A stretch of DNA of 64,000 nt, from assembly GCA_951406725.2 (NCBI GenBank), contig OX597815.1, positions 107,818,001 to 107,882,000 on the forward strand, read 5' to 3'. This stretch comes from Octopus vulgaris. Its lineage: Eukaryota. The notes below the pieces were generated by a model. It did not search any database. It was not told where the DNA came from and was given only the letters and a program-made list of their open reading frames with translations. Of the stretch, positions 40,557 to 53,052 are shown in pieces. The translations under genes were made by a program, and so were the position numbers. Position 1 is the first letter of the stretch. Each line of letters starts with the position of its first letter.

Positions 40557-41859
40557 CAAACACATATGCATACACACAAGCCCTCACACACACACACAAA
40601 CACACACATAGATATATATACTAGAAGATGTAAAATTCATCATCCATCCATTAAGAGCTTCATATCCCTGATCTTCAGATAATAGTGGAGGTTAAAGTAA
40701 GGAAAACCAGTATATGTATATATATATATATTTATCCATTCATATGAAAAAATGTCTTTTGCAGAAAAATAACGTTTTAATCTGTTCATGTAAACCCTCA
40801 TAATTTTTTATCAATATTTTCTGTTTTCTATATTTTTCGACTTCCTTTTATCATAATGTAATAAAAGTTCATACACCCCATCAACATAACATATACCCCA
40901 TCTTACTCTATTTAACCAAACATGCAAAATAGAAGACAATAATGATTTCTTACTATGTAATCAAAGCTTGGCATCATATTTAAAGGCTTCGTCTGAATGT
41001 TATTTGAGAGATTTTTATGTATTTTTCACTTAAGAAATTAAAAAATTTTTTTTCTTCTTTTGCAGCTAAAAAAGTTTTCAGATACCAGTAAATACATTTT
41101 ATATTGAACAACCTCTTTTCACTGGCTTCGGGAATTTTTTTGGTGGGACCTTAACATAAGGCTTTGCCTATCTATCTGTCTGTCTCTCTGAATATATATA
41201 TATATATATATATGCAGGATTAAATATAAAGGCAACAAATGGAAAATATGACCTACCTATAAAAAAAGGGGCAGCAAATAAACAAACGAACATATACTAA
41301 ATACACAGGTTGACAGAAAACACAGGTCACCAATTCTTCATCAGTTATCAGCCAGAGGGGTCAAATGCAATTTCAGCCATTATCGATAATATTGCTTCCA
41401 CTCTGGAGGCACCAACAAGAAACTTGCTGGGAATCGGACTTAACAAAAGGAAATGGGCTTGAGACGAGACTGCTAGTGGATGGACGGTGGACAAAACAAT
41501 AAACAGAATAAAGGTTTAAGCCCACACAAAGACAACAATTAACAATGATAATACATATACAACGTAAAGCCTTGGGGCTGAAAGACAAGGCAATAATGGG
41601 TAATGTGAAGGAGAAATAAAAACTGTTCTAAAGGACTATACATGAGAGAGGTAGAGAGAGGAGTTCAGAAAATCATGTCCAGTACGGTCAAAGGCAACAC
41701 AAAAAGGAATGACACCACCTTAGGTCATAATGGGTCTCATGGTAGTGGGAGAAGGGTAACAGAGAAAGACAGAGGGAGAGAGAGAGAGAGAAAGAGAGAG
41801 TGAGAAAGGAAATTAAGAGAAGTAAAGGAAAGAGATAGTGACACAAAAAATATTCCAAG

Positions 41860-42315
41860 AATATTTTCACATTGGACCTCACAGAGGCAATGACAGGAGA
41901 CTGAGACCTTTGGAGATATGCTGTGATTGAGAAGACCCAGCAACTAAAGTGAGATCGCAGCCACACATGTCCAGCTCATTTAAAAGTACCCCTGGTGCGT
42001 CGTGCGATATGATATGTTTGAGAAGACCTGTTGAGTCAAGTAAAACCAATATCGTAGCTGTGGTCAGTGCCCCTGACTGTCTCCCATGCCAGTGGCACAT
42101 AACAAGCACTATCTGAAAATGATCGATGCCAGGCCCGCCTTACTGGCTCCTGTGCTGCTGGCACATAAAAAGTTGGCATCAAGAAGGGCATCCAGCTGTA
42201 GAAACATTGCCAGATCAGATTGGAGCCTGGTGCAGCCGCTGGCTCTCCAGACCTCAGTCAAACCGTCCAACCCATGCCAGTTTGGAAAACGAACATTAAA
42301 CAATGATGATGATGA
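41860..42315 (+). mobile_element. 5'-truncated RTE LINE
   Basis: ORF end LTEAMTGD*DLWRYAVIEKTQ, then UTR units and (GAT)n tail. Confidence 0.85.
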
Positions 42316-42756
42316 TATATGTTTATATATCAGGCATGTGCCGCTAGTAATAACTCTCAGAAGGCTGTTGGTGACGTTTATATAGTAAAACACACAAAAA
42401 ATAAGCAAAACACAGGTGCGTGACTGAATTGAAGGCAGATTTACTTCTGCCTTTATTGAATGTAAAGAAAACGTTATAGGAATGTACGCAGCACTGTGTA
42501 CTAAGGCAGTTCTATGCATAGCTTTAATGCTGAGATTGAAAGACAGGGATAAATTATGCTTACTAATCTACAAAAAAATAGAATATTTTGTATTTTATGC
42601 ATAGTAATCAGAGTAACCTTCATAATTTTATTGAATTAGGTGCATATTTTACCATAAAAGGGAAATATTACAATTGATCTGTTTTATGCAGAGTAGGCAC
42701 TGCCTACCTTGTCTACCCAGGCAGCACATCCCTGATATATATATATATATATATAT

Positions 42757-43612
42757 CATCATCATCATCATCGTTTAACATCTGCTTTCCATACTAGCAT
42801 GGGTTGGACGATTTGACTGAGGTCTGGCGAACCAGATGGGTGCACCAGACTCCAATCTCATCTGGCAGAGTTTCTACGGCTGGATGCCCATCCTAACGCC
42901 AACCACTCCGAGAGTGTAGTGGGTGCTTTTATGTGCCACTGGCATGAGGGCCAGTCAGGCAATACTGGCAGTGGCCATGCTCAAATGGTGCTTTTTATGT
43001 GCCACCTGCACAGGAGGCAGTCCAGCGGCACTGGCAACGACCTCATTCAAATGTTTTTTAATGTGCCACCAGCACAAGTGCCAGTAAGGCGAAGTAGGTA
43101 ATAATCACACTTGAAAGGTGCTCTTTTACGTGCCATCGGCACGGAGGCCAGCTTGTTGCTCTGGCAACGATCACGCTCATATGGTACTCTTAGCGCTCCA
43201 CTAGCAACGGATGCCAGTCATCGAATTTGATTTCGATTTCAATTTCACTTGCCTCAACAGGTCTTTGCAAGCAGATTTTAGTGTTGAATGAAGGAAAGGT
43301 ATGCATAACTGGGGTGGTTACACCCCTGGCATAGGCTACAAGGTTATGGTCTCACTTGAGCTTAGAGTTTTCTCAAGCACAACATATTTCCAAAGGTCCT
43401 GGTCAATAGTCATTGCCTCGGTGAGACCCAATATTCGAAGGTCATGCTTCACCACCTCATCCCAGGTCTTCCTGGGTCTATCTCTTCCACAGGTTCCCTC
43501 AACCGCTAGGGTGTGGCATTTTTTCACACAGTTATCCACATCCATTCTTGTCACATGGCCATACCAACACAGTTGTCTCTCTCTTGCGCACCTCATCTGA
43601 TGCTTCTTAGGT
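42757..43612 (-). mobile_element. 5'-truncated RTE LINE with five-unit UTR array
   Basis: ERQLCWYGHVTRMDVDNCVKKC..GTCGRDRPRKTWDEVVKHDL..LWKYVVLEKT, then UTR and tail; sits within (TA)n. Confidence 0.92.
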
Positions 43613-43613
43613 C

Positions 43614-43646
<33 letters not shown>

Positions 43647-43867
43647 TTGAAAGTCTTTGTGCAAATTACTTAATACAGTGTTTTAAGTCTAAAGGGGATT
43701 ATTTTAAAAACATTATTTTTTGAAAAAAGTTATGAAGCCTTTTATCAGGATGTTACTAACCTTTTTTAGAAGAAGTTTTTTTCTTAGTGAGTGAGCATTT
43801 TTGATTAATCATTTCAAACACGTGTTCTTAGTTAATGAATGTTCATTTTATTTTATGTATTTGTATT

Positions 43868-43983
43868 CACTCTGATGATGCCCCATGTACTAGATCAAAT
43901 GTGCTAGGAAGATGGTGAATATTATTTTCGGAATTTTTTTCATAAGCACTGACTGACATTGGTAGTGGAAACGGCTGTAAGAA
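43868..43983 (+). ncRNA. Hammerhead-like motif with a long stem II insert
   Basis: CTGATGA 43872-43878 ... GAAAC-ggct-GTA 43968-43979; stem I only 2 bp (ct/ag). Confidence 0.4.
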
Positions 43984-44117
43984 ATGTTATGTCATATTTT
44001 GTATTAAAAAATAATCAACTGATTTTGATGAATTTGTTTGTTTCTTGATCAAAAGTTTTCTCCATTTTCTGCTTATTTAAATTTAACACACTCATACATA
44101 CACACACACACACACAT

Positions 44118-44420
44118 TTGTTTGTTCCTTCTCGAGCCATGCCTGGTTCATAAGGGCTGGTTTCCTGGTTTCCTTGGCGTACAGGTTCCTCACCTAGACA
44201 GGACACGGGTCTGTCACAGGTGGGCTGCAAGATGCACGAGGAAAGAGTGAGAAAAAATTGTGGTGAAAGAGTCAGCAGAAGCTTGCCATTACCTTCTGCC
44301 AGAGCCGCGTCGTGTTTAGGTGTTTTGCTCATAAACACACACATCACCCAGTCTGAGATTCGAAGCCGTGATCCCTCGACCGTGAATCAATTACTCTAAC
44401 CACAAGGCCATATGCCTCCA
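44118..44420 (-). mobile_element. SINE family C-related
   Basis: tRNA-like head on the minus strand (ggccttgtggttagag..ttcgaatctcagac) and gagcaaaacacctaa core. Confidence 0.7.
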
Positions 44421-45079
44421 CACACACACACATATATATGGGCATGTTTGGATTTGTGTATGTATATGTGTGTGATTGCTTGCATATGCATGTCTTTGCA
44501 TTGCATTTCCATCGTCTAGGTAATAGGAGTTTTGTAGCCTGTATAAAAAAATGATAACTGGCAGCTTGGCAGTTTTATGTGTAAAAGAATTGTCAGCATT
44601 TGCTTTGATAAAAATATATTCATACTCTATGTCTATATATTGAATACCTTCTCAGTTCATGCTTTATTCTTTTTATGCATAATGATATATGAAAACACAC
44701 ACGTTAGAATACACACACTCATATGCATGTATATATATATACACACACACACACACACATACATAGATATATTTATATATGCATATATTATATATCTATA
44801 ATTGCATCTCTTCACTGGTATATACAATATATGTATAAGAATTTAAACCTTTATCCATTCATATTCATAAGTATACATTTATCTACCAACCTATATATAA
44901 ATATGTATATCATTTTTATTACAAGAATTTTCTTATTACATATATGTGTCTCATGACATGATTTTAGCAAATGTAGTAAATAACTCCTTTAACATGCCTT
45001 CATATGTAGATCTACTAAATAATAGATGAAAAGCTATGTATCTTTTCTAGCTGGTTCTGTCTGTACCTTCCTCTCTCCG

Positions 45080-45113
<34 letters not shown>

Positions 45114-45199
45114 TTAGAGACAAAACCACTATTTTGCAAAACAAACAAGGAAAGACTTAATCAATACATAAAATTTTAATAAAAAGTCAAAAAAAACCG

Positions 45200-45242
45200 C
45201 CACTACAATTGTTTCTTGTCTTGATCGACAATCTTCAGGTGG
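45200..45242 (-). ncRNA. Type I hammerhead ribozyme motif (mirror copy)
   Basis: Exact reverse complement of 45356-45398. Confidence 0.75.
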
Positions 45243-45355
45243 ACTTCCAATAAGTCAGTTTCAAATTATGAAGTGAAATTAAATACTAAGGTTAAATTTT
45301 TTAACGGCTTAGTATTTAATTTCACTTCATAATTTGAAACTGACTTATTGGAAGT

Positions 45356-45398
45356 CCACCTGAAGATTGTCGATCAAGACAAGAAACAATTGTAGTGG
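45356..45398 (+). ncRNA. Minimal type I hammerhead ribozyme motif (Penelope-type)
   Basis: Stem I ccac/gtgg; CTGAAGA 45360-45366; stem II ttgtc(gatcaa)gacaa; GAAA 45383-45386; palindromic stem III acaattgt; GUA site, predicted cut after 45394. Confidence 0.8.
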
Positions 45399-45641
45399 CG
45401 GTTTTTTTGACTTTTTATTAAAATTTTATGTATTGATTAAGTCTTTCCTTGTTTGTTTTGCAAAATAGTGGTTTTGTCTCTAATAATATTATATAATATT
45501 TTACTATAAAATTGGATTTAATCCTAAATCTGATTTTTTCCCTGTAAATTTGGATTTATTCCCTAATATTTATTATATATATATATATATATAAATATAC
45601 AAATATATGATTGCATGTGTATATATATGTGTGCCCACATT

Positions 45642-45681
<40 letters not shown>

Positions 45682-45701
45682 CATACACACACACATACGT
45701 T

Positions 45702-45732
<31 letters not shown>

Positions 45733-45759
45733 ATATATGATTGGCACTCATGTGGTGAC

Positions 45760-45998
45760 ATGTAAAATGCACTATTTGAGTGTGATTGTTGCCAGTGCCA
45801 CCTGATTGGCTCCGTGCCGATGGCATGTAAAAAGCACCCACTACACTGAGAGTGGTTGGCATTAGGAAGGGCATCCAGCTGTAGAAACTTTGCCAGACCA
45901 GATTGGAGCCTGGTGCAGCCTTCTGGCTTGCCAGCCCTGATCAAATCGTCCAACCGATGCCAGCATGGAAAGCGAACATTAAACAATGATGATGATGA
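45760..45998 (+). mobile_element. RTE 3' UTR/tail copy
   Basis: UTR unit plus tail. Confidence 0.8.
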
Positions 45999-46003
45999 TT
46001 ATT

Positions 46004-46051
<48 letters not shown>

Positions 46052-46387
46052 TTATTACAAATTTGGAATTTTATCAATAGGACCACAACTTCAATTTCAG
46101 GACAACATTATTTACTGGAGTACACATAGAAAGGTATATCCAAAATACTAATCTAATAATATAAGCATTTTAAAGCCTACTATAATGTACAATAAAATAA
46201 AGTACAATAGAATAATTAAAAAATATTTAAGCATATTTAAAAAAATTATATATACCTTACCTGTAATTAGTCTGTGGAGAAAGAAGATAATATTAATCAA
46301 TGCTACACGTGTTTCTGCCCTAGTGGTTTATTTTACTAGGCTATACCTAATACATAAATCTACCAGTGCATCCTCAGGCTATTTTTC

Positions 46388-46446
<59 letters not shown>

Positions 46447-46619
46447 GGATCCAATTTAATCCTACAAATTCTAAGATATCTTCTTTTAAAAATAAGAATA
46501 AGAATAAAAATATATATATAAAATTTCCTAATGAATTTTTACAATATTTAAAAATCTTTTAAATTACTAAATTATAAAATTATAAATTTCCTATATATAT
46601 ATATATGTATGTATGTATG

Positions 46620-46666
<47 letters not shown>

Positions 46667-47391
46667 ATGTATATTTATATATATATATATATTTATATAC
46701 ATACACACATATGTATATATATACATATCTGTGTGTGTGTGTATATATATATATGCACACTCTATATGGTATTTTTACTCTTTTATTTTTCTCTCTTTTT
46801 GTCCCTCTTATTCTTTTACTTCCTCTTCTCCCTGTATTCAATCCTATTACTCTGTCACTCTCTCTCCCTTACTCCTCCTCCCTTGCTCATGTGACTCCCA
46901 TGTAACTATCGGCCATCTTTCTTTCTCTCCATTGTAGCTGGAACAAGGAAAACGCGTTCTTGTTTGTCTCCTGTCCTAGCTTGACTTATGATTTCACCAC
47001 CACAACCTCGTTTAGGCTTAGCAGTCCTTCCTGTTTGTTTTACTGTCCTGTTTGTGTTACCTATTCTGACCCTCTGCAAAATCCCAAATTTTATTCAATT
47101 TGCTTTGCAGGAGCAACTGTTTTATCGAAAGCATATATTGTTAAATGCTCGAAATATGACACTTGAAAAACAGCCAACAACTGATGAAGGGTCGTTCTTT
47201 ATACTCTTTGTTTTGTTTTCTATTTGTGTCTTTTGTTGTTTAAAAGTATAATTCATATTCCATTTACTTGTGCTTCGTACTTTTTTGTTGTACACGTTTC
47301 ATGATGTCCTGTGCCCACATATGCATATATATATAGATGAAAGTATGTACATATATGTATGTATATATGCATATATATATATATATATATA

Positions 47392-47442
<51 letters not shown>

Positions 47443-47475
47443 GTATATATATATATGTATATTATTTATATTATG

Positions 47476-47513
<38 letters not shown>

Positions 47514-48814
47514 CATACATATAAGAGGGATGACCACTAAATGGATAGCCATTATGCTAGATGTAGACCCATATGATCTGACCACTATGAAAAGATTGTT
47601 CTCAAGGATGCATTGGTAGTATATATATGTGTGTATGACTGGCCTGGTGCAGCATTCGGGCTCCCCAGACTCCAGTTGAACCGTCCAACCCATGCTAGCA
47701 TGGAAAGCGGACGTTAAATGAGGATGATGATGATGATGATATGAATGTATGTATGCATGTATGTATGTATTTGCCTGTGTATACATATGTATTTGTATGT
47801 GTTTCAGTTTGTATCTTCTAGTGTATATTAGTGAGTCAAGTTATATACCTTCATGCTAAAGAGATAAGATGTAGCCATTTATAAAATAGAGGTTGATAAA
47901 TTAAGTATCAGACTGAAATAAGTAGTGAAGTCACCATTGCTTACAAGTGGAGTGTCAATCTGCTCACAGTATGTGGAGTGAAACCAGAAAGTAATAAAAT
48001 ACTAGAGCTCACTGAAGTAACTGAATGAAGTACTGAAGATAATATTGGAAAGGAATGTTACAGAAATATATTATTAACATCCAGCTCTATGTAACAATCC
48101 AAATATCATTTGTGAAATTATATTCCTCCCTCGTAATAAAACAATCAACATACACAATAGACTTTTTATAAATGAAACATAAAAATTCATCTGATAAAGC
48201 TTATAGATGAAAGAGAAAGAGATTACTCTAAGATATGATAGAACCAGGATATGTATGAAATCCGAAAGAAATCCTGTGAATAGTATCAGAAAGAAATTAA
48301 TAATGTCTAAAACATGGACTAAAAGTAAAACCAGGATAACAGACAAAAGAAAGAAAAGGAAACAATATTGCTATATATGTTGATGAAAATCTGCAACTAT
48401 AGGGCTTTGAAAAAAAAAGAAAAAAGAAAAAGAAAATTAGAAATAATTACTGCAGAATAAATTGCATCAAGATGATATAAAAACATTAATTGGGAGGAAG
48501 TGAAAGAACACTCACTCCCAAAAGATAGAGTAAATGCCTGGCGGGGGGGAGGGGGAGCAATCTTTTAGAAATGGAATGAATACCACTAACCAAATGGATT
48601 GGTTAATGACTATACAAAGAGACTGGCTAAAATAACCCTAACGATCTTCAAAATCACATAATTAGAGTAGAAGTAAGACAGATCAAATGGGGGGTGCAGA
48701 GTTAGATGGCTTCTAGATAATGTAATGTAATCTTATCTTACATGTTTCGGTACGTAAGATTACATTATTTGGTTTCTTGCTGTTGTAGTCTTACATACCA
48801 AAAAAAAAGAGGGA

Positions 48815-49050
48815 ATGGTCATGGCTGGAATGCTTTTGATCATAAACAAATAAATCTTAATGGTTAACATGCTAATGAGGGAATCTTTAAATGTCATTTG
48901 ACCTGCTAGATACAGCAACTAAATCTTCCTCCAATCAAACACTCGTAAAATATATTCTATACCTGGGAAAAATAAATGAAAAATATAAAAAAAATTTCAT
49001 TTCTAGAAAGCCTTTGATGATAGGTCTGTTTGATCAGAAATATCTTGGGA
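48815..49050 (+). repeat. Old dispersed repeat (ggtcatggctggaatgc.tttgatca / gacctgctagaaatagcagccaaatctccctcaaatca)
   Basis: Degenerate copies also near 11320-11460, 13895-14090, 26525-26660, 49700-50070, 55715-56320, 59240-59410 and 62870-63050. Confidence 0.6.
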
Positions 49051-49073
49051 CCACCACCACCACCACTACCACT

Positions 49074-49105
<32 letters not shown>

Positions 49106-50524
49106 CACTAAATCAACTGCTTTGCTCAAAGCAAGTTCAGCTTGATACAGGAAATCAACAACATGCGAAATCCCTAAAGGTACTGTGCATAACAGGTCTT
49201 AGGGCTTAGTTCCAAAATCAGTGAATGAAATTATTTTGTGAATTAAGATGATGAAATTATGAATAATTTCATTCAGAAAGTTATTCTAGAATAATCTTAT
49301 TTCAAGTAAGTCTTTCCAGGGAAATGGTTTTCTTTTCCCATATTTATGTATATTTTCTGATACTTTTAAAATAAGATTCAACATCTACTTATTTGGTAAC
49401 ATATTTTGAAGAATGGAATTAATTGGTGGAAACTAGAAGCACAGTATTTGATGTTATAGACAGAAATATTAGAATTGATTGAGAAAGAATATGAAGAAAC
49501 TGGAAATAACCACCAATATTTCTAACAAAGCTTTTGGAACTGTTAGCCATTAGCGAGATAGAGGAAGTATTTCCTGGCTGTCTCCATATAATATAATCAG
49601 TGGTAGCTTGCTTGTGAATATAGCAAATTAATAAAAATATGGCTTTACTGGTTTCTATTTTCATTTTTTATAATCTATATATATGTTTTACACTCCTGTT
49701 CATTTGACCTGATAGAAAAAATAACCAAATCTCCCTTCCTCAAATCAGATCTGACCGTTTTAACAAAAAAGACTAAATTCAATAATGTGGTTGAGACATT
49801 GTTTTATATAAATAACAGTATAGTCATAGCTGGAATGTCTTTCCTTGTATGTCTATTTGATCCAGGCTGACTTAGGGCTAAACAACAACCCTTTTTTTTT
49901 TTAACTTAACCTGTTTGCCATAACAGCATGCACTTCTTCAAATTACATCCCATCATCTAAACACAGCAATGATATATGAGATAATGTATTCCTATATACA
50001 ATGTCCCTATAAAGCACAGCTGATTAATGTCTTTTCATTAAATATCTGTTCAGTTTGTGCTGACCTGGAGTTACCCTACACTTTTAAGATTAAAGTAATC
50101 GGTAGATAAATTGCTAATTGCATTGGATTTCATATTTGCAGTATTTGACCCAATTCTCTGTGTTCTGAGTTCAGGGTCAATCAGCCTTGTGTCTACATCA
50201 AATTTTTTTTTATTATGGGGTCGATTAATAAAGTACCAGTCAAATGCCAGGGTTAATTCATTTCTCTCTCTCTCTTTCTCTCTACCAGTTTGTTTTTCTT
50301 TCATCATTGACTATGTTTTTCAATGTTACAGGGGACCACTTACAAGAAATGGAATAGGCTCAGTGAAGAATACTGATATGTTTCTAACAGAATACTGATA
50401 TGCTACTAAATCTCTCCAAAGAGGCTTCTATTGGTAGTATAGTACAAAATGGGATTAAAGAAGAAGGGCAAAATATTTCCAAATACAGCATTTTTTTGTA
50501 TTCATTTTAAACATCTCCCTTAAT

Positions 50525-50950
50525 CATCATCATCCATCATTTTGAATCCAAGTTTTATCCCCATTGACGGAGGTGGCCAGATCTACCTAAATGCCATAGC
50601 AACCACCCTTACACCATCTCACCATCTTGCCTGGTTTTGGGCATCCTCCCTTCTCAAGCCAACTCTCCCAATCTCTTCCTCCACCTATCCTCTCCACATT
50701 TTCCTCGGTCTACCTTGCTTTGGCTGTTCATTTACCTCAAACTCTAGCACCCTCTTCAGAGCATGCTCTTCATCCTTCCTCAACACTTGTCCATACCACC
50801 GCACTCCATTTGCCCTTGCCAGCCATTCCACTGATTCCTCTAACCCCAGCATCCCCATCAAGTCCTCAGTTCTCCTCTTATCAAACAGCCTCACACTACA
50901 CGTTTCCCTCACCATTGCTCACTCAGCTCTTCTCAAAATTGCCATCTCAG
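50525..50950 (-). mobile_element. RTE-clade LINE 3' fragment (second family)
   Basis: MVRETCSVRLFDKRRTEDLMGMLGLEESVE..VRWYGQVLRKDEEHALKRVLEFEV..GRPRKMW. Confidence 0.85.
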
Positions 50951-51429
50951 TTAATGATAGTTGATAACCAAAGCTCATCCTTACTTAGGGTTAAGTTTAT
51001 CCTGAACCCTAGAACTCATAAAACCAGAGTTTTATATCTCTACATTCTGAATTCCCTTCATACCAGAGTCTCAATAAAATAAATTCCGAACATGTTTTGT
51101 ATTCTTCATACAGGATGGTCTCAGCTGTAATACTTCTAATCACAGATTTGCAGTTGAACTGAATCTGAAATTATCTGGTTGGGAACAAACTTCTTAAACA
51201 CACAGCCATGCTGTCATCATCATCATTGTTTAATGTCCACCTATCCTGCTGCATCTATGATTAATCACTTTCTCATCAGAGCAACAGCGACGAGTTCACT
51301 TTCAAATTTTTCCATTTGTAAACACTTCATCCAATCATTTACTCCAGATTTTTAATCCCAGCAGTGATGCTTAACTCAAATTACTTTTTATATATAGGCT
51401 TTAAGAAAATTAAAGTAGAAATTTGTGAA

Positions 51430-52030
51430 TAATTAAAAGTGAGCAGTCAAAACGAATGGCTAAATAATTAGAATTGAGTCATTAAAAATAATGACTGACT
51501 AACTAAATAGTGATAATTAATTATAATTAGAGACTGAGTAATTAAAATTAGTTAAAACTAATGACTAACTAATAAAGACTGGCTAGCTGAAATTAGAGAC
51601 TAAATAACTATGATCGAGAAGTTAAGATTGAAAACTGAGCAATTAAGACTCAGAAGTTTAAATTACTGACTGGGATATCAAGACTGGGTAATTAAAATTA
51701 GTGACTGAGTAATGATGACTGAGTAACTATAATTAATCACTGAGTTGTTAAAATAATATTGCCTGAGGAATTAAAATTTATAACTGAGTAATTAAGATGG
51801 AGTAACTAAAATCAGTGACTAATTAAAAGTAAGAATTGAGTAATTAAGACCGAGTAGGTAAAACTGCTCAATCAGTTGAATAGTTAAGAGTAATGATTGA
51901 GCAGTTAAAATTAATAATTTTAACTTAAAAATGGTAGTCTTAGCCAGTTATTAATTTTATCTCGTAGTAGTTAAAATGAGTAGCTAAAAATTAGTGATTG
52001 AATAATTAAAACTAAGTTATTAAAATTGGG
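51430..52030. repeat. Degenerate minisatellite based on GACTGAGTAATTAA(AATTAGT)
   Basis: More than 25 diverged ~14/21-bp units visible. Confidence 0.8.
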
Positions 52031-53020
52031 GACCAATAACCCAGAATTATAAAATATGTACAAAGCAAGCAAGAAAGGGATATTAGTCAAATTATCTGAA
52101 AAGAATATTATACATATTTTGAATAGTTAACAACTAAAAAGCGTTCATGAATCAGTATAAAAGCAATTTGTTCTCATAATTTTCTCTACAAATCAATATT
52201 TAAAGAACTCTATAATATTGGATACTATGATAACATGATAAAAAAATTTCAGCATTTTCTGTAATTTGAAATATATTAGCAATTATGTTACATAAATTTT
52301 GCAAATTTAGAAATATATTTAATCATTGTGGTCTTGTGCAAATATAAACAAAAACACACCATGCCTCATTCGTAATGCCAAAATAAATACTTAATGAAGG
52401 AAGTATTAGTATCAACAACATTATACACATAATTGCATGAGCTGGATAGATTTGGATAGCATCATACTTCCACATTCCCAAATCAAGGTTAATTTTTTTT
52501 ACCTGCAAATATTAACTTTTTCAGGTCAGATCTAATTATGGCATAAATTTCACTTCAAACTATCCACCAAATTTAGTTAATTTGTCATTTCCTTCTCTAG
52601 ATGTTGCTTTAAGAGGAAACTAAATGGATTGACTAAATAAAACAGATGACTAATGAAGAAACAGCAGGCTTCAGCAGGCTTTCAAAGATCAAATCCTGCT
52701 GAGGTTTACAAACAATTCAATTCTAGTATTTAATTCCTTTGCTATAATAATTAACTTTTTTACTCTTTCCAGATCCTCCAGGGTATGGTTATGGTGGGGA
52801 ACTCCTAAGATTGTTTTTCTTTCTTTTTTACAAATAGATGGAATTATGCAGAAGCATAACTGTTTGGTTAAGAGATTTGCTTCCTGATCACATGATTTTA
52901 GGTTCAGCCCCATTGTGTAGCTCCTTGAGCAAGAGTTTTTACCATTTTTCCACTACAGCTCTAGACTGATAAAAATCTTGTGAATGGATTTGGTAAATGG
53001 AAACTAAATGAAGTCTATTG

Positions 53021-53052
<32 letters not shown>

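Larger units (their letters stand above)
45102..45495. repeat. Near-perfect long palindrome (arms 45102-45290 and 45308-45495)
   Basis: Arms are reverse complements except for one base in an A8/T7 run; the 17-nt spacer is itself gttaa..ttaac. Confidence 0.97.
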
